From an uncultured delta proteobacterium (GTDB lineage: Bacteria > Desulfobacterota > Zymogenia > Zymogenales > Zymogenaceae), in the NCBI GenBank assembly GCA_963792965.1, contig CAWBYW010000003.1:1-16047 (forward strand): a DNA stretch of 16,047 nt, written 5' to 3'. The position numbers and the translations under genes were made by a program. Positions 9,452 through 16,047 of the stretch are shown here, piece after piece (the first letter of the stretch is position 1; every line of letters starts with the position of its first letter). The notes below the pieces were generated by a model. It was not told the DNA's origin. It did not search any database and worked only from the letters and a program-made list of their open reading frames with translations.

Positions 9452-10282
9452 ATGCCGTCCGAACCGATTCTCATCCCCATCCTCGTGACCGTGGCGGCCG
9501 GGCTCTGCACGGGCATCGGGAGCGTCGCGGCGCTCTTTGTCAAGGAATTCAAACACAGATACCTCTCGATGATGCTCGGGTTTTCCGCAGGGGTTATGAT
9601 CTACGTCTCGTTTGTGGATCTCCTTTTTAAGTCGATCCGTGAGATCGGATTGGGGTGGGCCAACGTCTGGTTCTTTGCGGGGATCCTGCTTATTTCCGCG
9701 ATCGAGCAGCTCGTCCCGCACGTCTGGCTCGAAGAAAAACAGGATGCTTTTCCGGCGGATCCGGATCCAATGGGGAGCATGAGGCGGCGCCGAAGGGGAC
9801 AGGGGACCGCGCCCGCGCGAGACCTGTCGGATAGACAGCTCATGAACACGGGGCTCCTCACCGCCGCGGGGATCGCCATCCACAACTTCCCCGAGGGGAT
9901 GGGGGTGCTTTTCACCTCGGTGCACGACCTGACGATCGGGGTGCCCCTCGCCATCGCCATCGGACTCCATAACATCCCGGAGGGGATCGCAGTATCGATG
10001 CCGATCTATTACGCGACCAGGAGCCGGAAGAAGGCCTTTTTCTACTCGTTTTTTTCCGGGGTGACGGAGCCTATCGGGGCGATTTTCGGGTACCTGATCA
10101 TCAGGCCCTTCCTCACGGAACCCGTCCTCATGGCGACGCTGGCCCTTGTGGGGGGGATCATGGTCTTTATCTCCTTTGATGAGCTTCTTCCGGTTTCCTT
10201 TTCTCGCGGCGAAGAACACATCGCGATCGCGGGGCTCCTTGTCGGGATGGCGGTGATGGCGCTCTCGCTCTCGGTGCTCTAG
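9452..10282 (+). CDS. zupT: ZIP family divalent metal transporter, ZupT type
   Basis: AGLCTGIG, LGFSAGVMIYVSF, IAIHNFPEG, IGLHNIPEGIAVSMPIY, SGVTEPIGA, GIMVFISFDELLP; about 8 hydrophobic segments. Confidence 0.92.
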   Translation: MPSEPILIPILVTVAAGLCTGIGSVAALFVKEFKHRYLSMMLGFSAGVMIYVSFVDLLFKSIREIGLGWANVWFFAGILLISAIEQLVPHVWLEEKQDAFPADPDPMGSMRRRRRGQGTAPARDLSDRQLMNTGLLTAAGIAIHNFPEGMGVLFTSVHDLTIGVPLAIAIGLHNIPEGIAVSMPIYYATRSRKKAFFYSFFSGVTEPIGAIFGYLIIRPFLTEPVLMATLALVGGIMVFISFDELLPVSFSRGEEHIAIAGLLVGMAVMALSLSVL

Positions 10283-10390
10283 AGGGGCTCGTACAAGAAA
10301 GGCGATAGACCGGATAATCTGCATCCTATTGCGTGCGGGATACTCTATAGTATTGTTGAGATTGTCAACAAACGGCACTATGATGGAGGT

Positions 10391-10900
10391 ATGCGCATGA
10401 ACAAGAAACTGACGATGATTTCGGCTCTTTTTCTTTTCATGGTATGCCTACCCGTTGTGGGTTGGGCCCAGACCCCCTATTCCACGGATGATCTGGCCAC
10501 GGCGTCCGTCAACGGGAAGTATAAGACGCTGCTGGCGACCCTCTATCTCCCTGGTGACAAGAGCTCTTTCGGTGATTTCTACGAATGGGGCTACCATCCC
10601 GGGGAGTCTTACGAGGGGTACATCAATCTGCCGCCCGGGTACTGGGTATACGTCTATCCGAACTGGTACATATGGGAAGGCGCCACGGGCGAAGAGACGA
10701 GCGTGACCAAGGCGTCCGTCAACGGGAAATACTCAAACCTCCTCAAGGTGATGAACATCCCCCAGGACGAGGACACCTACGGGGATTTCTATGACTATGG
10801 TTACCACTTCACCACCTCATATGGGAACTATGACAATATTCCCGCGGGCTACTGGGTGTACGTTTTCCCGGACTGGTATATCTGGCGGAATTCGGAGTAA
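10391..10900 (+). CDS. Secreted hypothetical protein with two tandem aromatic-rich repeats
   Basis: RBS GGAGGT and a signal peptide ending GWA-Q; two copies of ASVNGKY..LL....P.D....GDFY..GYH....Y..Y.N.P.GYWVYV.P.WYIW. Confidence 0.85.
   Translation: MRMNKKLTMISALFLFMVCLPVVGWAQTPYSTDDLATASVNGKYKTLLATLYLPGDKSSFGDFYEWGYHPGESYEGYINLPPGYWVYVYPNWYIWEGATGEETSVTKASVNGKYSNLLKVMNIPQDEDTYGDFYDYGYHFTTSYGNYDNIPAGYWVYVFPDWYIWRNSE
10502..10885 (+). repeat. Intragenic duplication: two 174-nt units (10502-10675, 10712-10885) at 210-nt period
   Basis: Both units begin GCGTCCGTCAACGGGAA, end in WYIW codons and align without gaps. Confidence 0.9.
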
Positions 10901-10945
10901 CGACGTGGGGGCCGGGACCCTCACGTTATATCAAGGTTCTATCCT

Positions 10946-10977
10946 AAAAAAACGAAGGGGCCGAGCGGCCCCTTCGT
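10946..10977 (-). terminator. Rho-independent terminator of the AOR gene (possibly bidirectional)
   Basis: Perfect 11-bp stem ACGAAGGGGCC-gagc-GGCCCCTTCGT between convergent genes, with an A7 run (10946-10952) giving a U-tract on the minus strand. Confidence 0.85.
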
Positions 10978-11000
10978 CTCTTCTATCGATATGCTTCCTG

Positions 11001-12962
11001 TTATAGCCTTAAATCGGACAGTCCCAGCTCCTTGATCTTTTCGGTGGTCGGTCCGCCCGTTATCTCGTCCCAGCCCATCATCGCAAAGAAACCTTTCTCG
11101 ATCCCGGGCATGTCGAGCGTGACGCCCTTGTGCGGGCCGGAGGTCAGGGGTGGGTTGCCCCAGGCGCGACCGTGCATGGCGGCGTCCTTCGCCTTAAGCC
11201 CCTCGCGCACGTTGAAGGCCTTCCTGAGCGATAAGATCCGCTCGCCGATGGTCCAGAAGTCGTCGGTCGACAGTTTCCAGCCGGTGCTGGCGTTGACGTA
11301 TTCCATGATGGGAAGGGAGCTCGTCAGGGGTCCGAACTCGCACATCCCGCACCCATTGATGAGCTGCAGGTAGAGCGTTGTGGCCTTATAGAGGGCCACG
11401 TCTTTCATCTCGCCCTTGGCCGCCTTTATCTCTTTTTTTGCCTGCGGAAAGATCTTCTTAACCCCCCAGAGCTGGCCGTAAAGGAGGGCGCCGATCGTAT
11501 GCCTGCCGGGGGTCGGCTCGCACTGGTAGGCGATCCCGTAGCCCTTGTCGAGCCTCGGGTCGTGCATCGGGAGCTCCTGCCCGCCGGCATGGACGGCGTA
11601 CTTGAAGGAATCGCCACCGATCTCCTCGGCCGCCTTCTTGACTCCGTCGGCGAGGATATTTCCGATCCCCTCGCGCTTGATCATCATTTCGATCAGCTTC
11701 TTGATCGCGTCGCTCTTTCCCCACCCGAGCTTGAGGCCGCCGGTCATCTTTTCGTTGATGATGCCGTTCTCGAAACACTCGATGGCAAACGCCACGGCTC
11801 CGCCGGCAGATATGGTGTCAATGCCTGCGCGGTTGCACATCTCGTTGATCTCGATAATGCCGTCCATGTCGTCGTTTAGATTCAGCGTGCCCATCGCGCA
11901 GAGGGTCTCGTATTCGGGCTTATGGCCCTCAGTCCCCTTATATTTTCCCTTGGTGATGTCGAAGATGCCGCCGCAGCCCAGCGGACAGGCCTGGCAGGCG
12001 TATTTTCTCTTCTCGTGCTTGATAAGCTCCTTGTCGGAGAGCTTATGGCTCATCGTGTCGATGGGAAAATCGGCGTAGCCGACGCCGCTCCAGTTCTTCA
12101 CGGGGCTGTCCCCGACCTCCGAAGAGTAGCCGGTCATGCCGCCCGTGCCGAAGGTCTTGAAGAGGAGACGGACGGTAGAGGGCTGGGTCGGGATGGAGAC
12201 GCCGGTGCGCCCGATGATCTTGCCGACGAAGTTGAGGAGCTTGACCGAGATCTTGTCCGGCGGGCCGAACTTCCTGAACTTTTCGATGAATTTCTTGTTG
12301 AGCTCCTTCATCCTGTCTGGATCCGCAACCGGCACCTTGCCGGTGCCCCGGACCGAAAAAGCCTTGAGCTTCTTGTATCCCATGACCGCGCCGAGGCCGG
12401 AGCGCGCGGCGATCCGGCCGCTGTCGGTCACGACCCCGGAGATGAGAGAGATCTTCTCCCCCGCCATCCCGATCGAGGCAACCTGGATGTTCTTGTCCTT
12501 AAGCTCCTTTTTGATGGACTCCTCGGTCTCGACGGCGTCTCGTCCCCAGAGCTTCTTGGCATCCTTGAATTCGACCCTATCGTCGGCAATATGAAGCCAG
12601 ACCGGGTCCTTTGACGCCCCGGTGAAGAAGACGGCGTCATATCCCGCCTTCTTTAGCTCATTGGAAAACTTGCCCCCCGAGTTGGCGTCTCCCCAGCCGC
12701 CGGTCAGGGGTGATTTGCCCACGACCATGTAGCGGCCGGAGAACCAGGCGCCCGTGCCGGTCAAGAGCCCGGTGCAAAACCCGAGGTAGCTCTCGGCCGA
12801 GAGGGCGTTTGTCCCCGGTTTTTGGCGCTCCGTGATGACGGCGGCGCCCAGCCCGTAGCCCGAGAGATATTTCCGGTAGAAGCCTTCTGCGGGTTTGATC
12901 GTCTCGAAGCTCTTTTTCGTCAGGTCAACAATGAGGTATTTCCCCATGAATCCACCCGGCAT
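11001..12962 (-). CDS. Aldehyde:ferredoxin oxidoreductase family protein (tungstopterin, 4Fe-4S)
   Basis: KSPLTGGWGDANSGG, RIAARSGLGAVMG.KKLKA, CQACPLGC, PEYET, CNRAGIDTIS, GNILADG, HDPR and the distal Cys in GMCEF. ATG 12962 follows the RBS GGAGG. Confidence 0.94.
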   Translation of the reverse strand: MPGGFMGKYLIVDLTKKSFETIKPAEGFYRKYLSGYGLGAAVITERQKPGTNALSAESYLGFCTGLLTGTGAWFSGRYMVVGKSPLTGGWGDANSGGKFSNELKKAGYDAVFFTGASKDPVWLHIADDRVEFKDAKKLWGRDAVETEESIKKELKDKNIQVASIGMAGEKISLISGVVTDSGRIAARSGLGAVMGYKKLKAFSVRGTGKVPVADPDRMKELNKKFIEKFRKFGPPDKISVKLLNFVGKIIGRTGVSIPTQPSTVRLLFKTFGTGGMTGYSSEVGDSPVKNWSGVGYADFPIDTMSHKLSDKELIKHEKRKYACQACPLGCGGIFDITKGKYKGTEGHKPEYETLCAMGTLNLNDDMDGIIEINEMCNRAGIDTISAGGAVAFAIECFENGIINEKMTGGLKLGWGKSDAIKKLIEMMIKREGIGNILADGVKKAAEEIGGDSFKYAVHAGGQELPMHDPRLDKGYGIAYQCEPTPGRHTIGALLYGQLWGVKKIFPQAKKEIKAAKGEMKDVALYKATTLYLQLINGCGMCEFGPLTSSLPIMEYVNASTGWKLSTDDFWTIGERILSLRKAFNVREGLKAKDAAMHGRAWGNPPLTSGPHKGVTLDMPGIEKGFFAMMGWDEITGGPTTEKIKELGLSDLRL

Positions 12963-12994
12963 ATCGTCCTCCATTAGTGAAGTCAATTTGTCTC

Positions 12995-13022
12995 ATTATA
13001 TCGTGGTGAGAAAAGAAAGCAA
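12995..13022 (-). promoter_or_regulatory. sigma70 promoter of the AOR gene
   Basis: Minus strand TTGCTT (13022-13017), 16 nt spacer, TATAAT (13000-12995). Confidence 0.6.
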
Positions 13023-13200
13023 CATTTTTCTAAACCGATACGAGCGCCCACCGTCCACGCTCATCATGAGCGGATACCGGAGGTGCCGAAGCACTCAGTG
13101 AGTCAAAGTGGGGGGGGCTGATGGAATTCACCCGCAGAGCGGGTCGCGCGCGGGTGTGGTCGGCAATGTCTCCGGGGAAACGTCGCTTTCCCGGGGCGTC

Positions 13201-14820
13201 CTACTGGACAGGGCACTTTATCTTCTTGAGCTTTTCGGCGTAGACGAAGTTGTTGTCGTTATCGGGGGTGTGGCAGGTGACGCAGTTTGCCTCCGCGGTG
13301 AGATTTTGCATCCTGTATTTTTTATTGTCCGTGATATGCAGGCTCCCCGGTCCGTGGCAGTCCTCGCACTGGACGCCAAGGAGATTATCCGCCGCCAGGA
13401 CGTTGGTGAAACCACCGGGTTTGTTAAACCCGGTGGTGTGACAGCCGATGCAGTCGGGCTCAAACTGACGCTCTTTTTCGCGCAGGGTTTCGTATGCCTT
13501 GACGTGCTTGGTGCCCTCGACGAAATCATAGATCTTCGTGTGGCACCCTTTGCAGTTGGCCATTCCCACGTAGTGCGGCTCTACCACAACGCCCGGGGGG
13601 GAGCCGCCCCATTCCCCGAGCTGGGACTGTTTTTGCTGTTCCTTGATCTTGATGAGCTCGTCCGCGTACTTCTTGATAATATCTCTGATGGTTGGGTCGT
13701 CGGCATAGCTCGTGTCCAGGGCGATCAGGGTCGCTTTCACCGTGTTAGGGCGGTCCTTCGTCGATTCGCCCTGGAGTTTTTCGAGCTTTGCATCGACCTG
13801 GGCCATCTCGTCGGTAACGAGCTTTTCCATCGACGACATATCTTTGCCCTGCTTCTTCTGGGCATCGATGTCGGCCATGAAGACCTGGAGCTGCTGCTTG
13901 CGGAGGAGCAGTTCCTGGCTCTCGAAGGAGGTCGTTGAATTGCTCCCCTCGACGAAGATGTCATAGGGGTGCTTTATTGCGGTGATCTTGAAATCGAGCC
14001 GGTCAATATACTTACCCCGAGAGTAGAGGGTCGTGATGAGGCTGTTTTTCTCGGTGACGGGCTGGAAGATATTTACCTCACCCCCGTGTCCCACGATCAT
14101 CAGGTCGATGGAGTCGTACTCCTGGGCAAGCACCTTGGCGTCGGTGACCCCGGTGTGGGCCAGCACGATGATGAAGTCGGATTTCTTCTTGAGCTCCTCA
14201 ATGACGGAGCCGAGGGATGAGGCCGGGTCTCCCACGTAGATGCCGTCCTTATCCTGCCTGTCGGCGGAAAACCCCACTTCGTTTCCAATCACCGCCGTGA
14301 TCCCCACGCGGAGGCCGCCCATCTTGACGACGGTATACGGCTTGAAGACGTACTTGTTGGTCTCCTTATCGAAGACATTGGCCGACGACAGCGGGAAATC
14401 CGCCATCTTCGCCAGGTCTTTGAGGTAATTGGTCCCGAGCGCAAAGTCCCGCTCACCCAGGCCGAGCGCGGTCCATCCCATGGCGTTGTAGGACTCGATT
14501 ATCTTCTTGCCGTTCAGGGCAAGGGAGACATCGGGGTTATCGCCATACTCCGGGTCGCTGAACAAGAGATCGCCCGCGTCAAGGAGGAGGAGGTTCTTGG
14601 TGTCCTTCTTTACGGTACCGATATAGGTTGCTTTCCTGGCCAGACCGCCAAGCTGGTTGGATTTTCACCCACAGGGCTCGGTCTCGCCGAGCACGTCATT
14701 GGAATAGACAAGAGTGAAATCCGCCTTGCCGGGAGTGTAGCTTTTGCAGTAGGTCACGCCCAGGAAGACAAAGAAGATCGCCAAGACGATCATGACGTTT
14801 CGCCAGATGGTTTTTCCCAT
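13201..14820 (-). CDS. Selenocysteine-containing (U52) UshA-like/metallophosphoesterase-fold protein fused to a tetraheme c554-type cytochrome c; exported, possibly a lipoprotein; 539 aa
   Basis: ATG 14820 follows GGAG. The frame reads YSNDVLGETEPCG-TGA(14665-14667)-KSNQLGGLARKATYI...LLLDAGDLLFSD and continues in frame into ORF 13201..14565. Four CxxCH motifs (CKGCH, CIGCH, CEDCH, CVTCH) and a SECIS-like hairpin 3' of the UGA. Confidence 0.9.
14635..14652 (-). promoter_or_regulatory. Putative bacterial SECIS element
   Basis: After a 12-nt spacer from the UGA: CUUGGC-GGUCUG-GCCAGG, a 6-bp stem whose loop GGUCUG resembles the apical GGUCU of the E. coli fdhF SECIS. Confidence 0.7.
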
Positions 14821-14848
14821 AGAACGGTCTCCCAAAAAAATCCTCATC

Positions 14849-14877
14849 ATTATAGACAAAAAGATCCCCCTTGTCAA
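14849..14877 (-). promoter_or_regulatory. Perfect-consensus sigma70 promoter of the selenoprotein gene
   Basis: TTGACA (14877-14872), 17 nt spacer, TATAAT (14854-14849). Confidence 0.85.
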
Positions 14878-14935
14878 CAAATGGATTGTCTTTGCTGTGC
14901 CGTATGCTTCTTCTCCCGTCCGAGAGGAAGGGGGC

Positions 14936-15520
14936 CTAAATCCATACCGTTTCCCGTGAAATCCCTCATGCCGTCTATGACCTGGTCGATGCTACCTATA
15001 CGCCCCACCTTAAGCTCTTGTTCAAGCTCATAGAATTTCAGACACGTGCCGCACGAATATATTTCCACGCCCATGTCGCAGAGCTCTTTGAGATGCCCGA
15101 CGACGATGTCTTCCACGGTCGTCAGCCTGACGCCCGCGTTCAGAAAAAAAATATGTCGGGCATTTTTTTTGTCAGCTTCATCGCCTCAAAGAAGCGGATT
15201 ATCAGTATTTTGCCTAATTGCTCTTCCTTTCCCAGCGAATCGGTCCCAACGACCATAAACATCCTCTTCTCTTCTCCCCCGCCTTCTTCGACGGCCCAAT
15301 TCTGGTCGCCCGGCTTCTTCGTGATCGTCACCTTCCAGTGGTCCGCCTCTTTCACCACATCGACCGGCAGTGCGATGCCTGTGGCAAACCGGGAGAGGTT
15401 ATGGACGGCGTTTTCGTTTCCCACGAGTATTTCAACGGTTCCCTCAGTCATCTGAGAGAGCGCCTCTTTCGTCTTCACGACGGGAAGGGGACACGACAGA
15501 TCCCGTGCGTCGATCTTCAT
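14936..15520 (-). CDS. yedF: YedF-like sulfurtransferase/selenium metabolism protein (TusA/SirA + DsrE domains); two single-base frameshifts
   Basis: TusA motif IDARDLSCPLPVVKTKEAL; DsrE-like D.LG....LGKILI..FF, (FF)LNAGVRLT, GVEIYSCGTCL.FY.L...LKVG. One base is missing at or near the A8 run 15144-15151. Removing one G near 14953-14955 gives the C-terminus FTETVWI-TAG (stop 14936-14938). RBS AAGGAG. Confidence 0.85.
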
Positions 15521-15579
15521 GGTATTCTCCTTTCTTGTTTTGTATCGGTGGCTCTATCGCAGCGATAGACCCTGGCCGG

Positions 15580-16031
15580 CTAAGGATTCTCCAGCTCTCT
15601 GATGATGATGCGTCCCGTTTCATAGGCCACCTCCCCGTGAACGCGATGCACTGCTCCATGTGCCGGGGAGAGCCGAGCTCCATCTTCTTGGTCAATTTCC
15701 TGCAGCAGAGGCGGCCGTGCCTCTCCCGGAACAGATCATGGAGCTCTTTTGAGAGCCTCATGACGTGCTCGCTTTTCTTATCCTTGGGAGAGGTTCTGCC
15801 GAAAAACATCCCAAGGGCCATAACGCCGCCGGTTACGGCCCCGCATGCGCACCCCGCGCCGCCCATGCCGACGGGAAAGCCTGAGGCGAGTGCCACAACG
15901 TCATCGGACATCGCAACGCCGAAGGCATCCTTGATCGTCTTGACGATGGCCTCCGAGCAGTAGAAGTCTCCGTTGCGGTAGTAGGCTTCGGCCTTATTCC
16001 TGATCTCCTCAAGATCAACCGATTGTTTCAT
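15580..16031 (-). CDS. C_GCAxxG_C_C family putative redox-active protein (one frameshift near the 3' end)
   Basis: FYCSEAI, ASGFPVGMGGAGCACGAVTGG, FRERHG.LCCR.L, QC. Adding one G at the C4 run 15633-15636 gives FTGEVAYETGRIIIRELENP-TAG (stop 15580-15582) and removes the overlap with yedF. RBS GGAG..GAGTG region upstream. Confidence 0.88.
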
Positions 16032-16047
16032 GATTCACTCCTGTCCC

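Noticed and set aside
13108-13135. GTGGGGGGGGCTGATGGAATTCACCC as a tRNA 3' end or tmRNA 5' end
   Set aside because: No TTCGA T-loop, no cloverleaf and no CCA end could be built.
12963-13200. Moco/Wco riboswitch upstream of the AOR gene
   Set aside because: No recognisable Moco motif elements, and the AOR promoter at 12995-13022 leaves only a short leader.
9443-13938. Antisense ORFs 9443..10378, 11922..12614 and 13108..13938
   Set aside because: They lie opposite well-supported genes (zupT, AOR, cytochrome) and have no independent coding signal.
15140-15142. TGA ending the first yedF fragment as a second selenocysteine codon
   Set aside because: The conserved continuation (LNAGVRLT...SCGTCL) is in another frame; the TGA results from an indel at the adjacent A8 run.
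15444-15579. C-terminal extension of the C_GCAxxG_C_C ORF overlapping yedF
   Set aside because: Artefact of a missing G at 15633-15636; the corrected frame stops at 15580.
1-16047. CRISPR array, rRNA/tRNA, IS or integrase
   Set aside because: No regularly spaced repeats, RNA gene signatures or transposase/recombinase motifs found by eye.

Overview
Mostly GC-rich chromosomal DNA; the gene content suggests an anaerobic, selenium-using bacterium (deltaproteobacterium-like, by inference). Left to right: a frameshifted exported beta-strand-rich protein running off the left edge; an AT-rich island (~1180-3660) encoding a lipoprotein, a secreted papain-fold Cys protease and a secreted partner; a GH116 glycosidase; ilvB followed by two different ilvN-like subunits; a ZupT-type ZIP transporter; a secreted protein made of two 58-aa aromatic repeats; an aldehyde:ferredoxin oxidoreductase; and a selenium/redox cluster. 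The main finding is that ORFs 14665..14880 and 13201..14565 form one in-frame gene (13201..14820) joined by a UGA in a C-G-U motif with a SECIS-like hairpin just downstream. The predicted product is an exported selenoprotein fusing a degenerate UshA/5'-nucleotidase-like domain, a coiled coil and a tetraheme cytochrome c. It has a perfect TTGACA-17-TATAAT promoter and lies next to a YedF-like gene and a C_GCAxxG_C_C gene. Single-base indels, mostly in homopolymers, cluster at both window ends and look like long-read errors rather than real pseudogenes.
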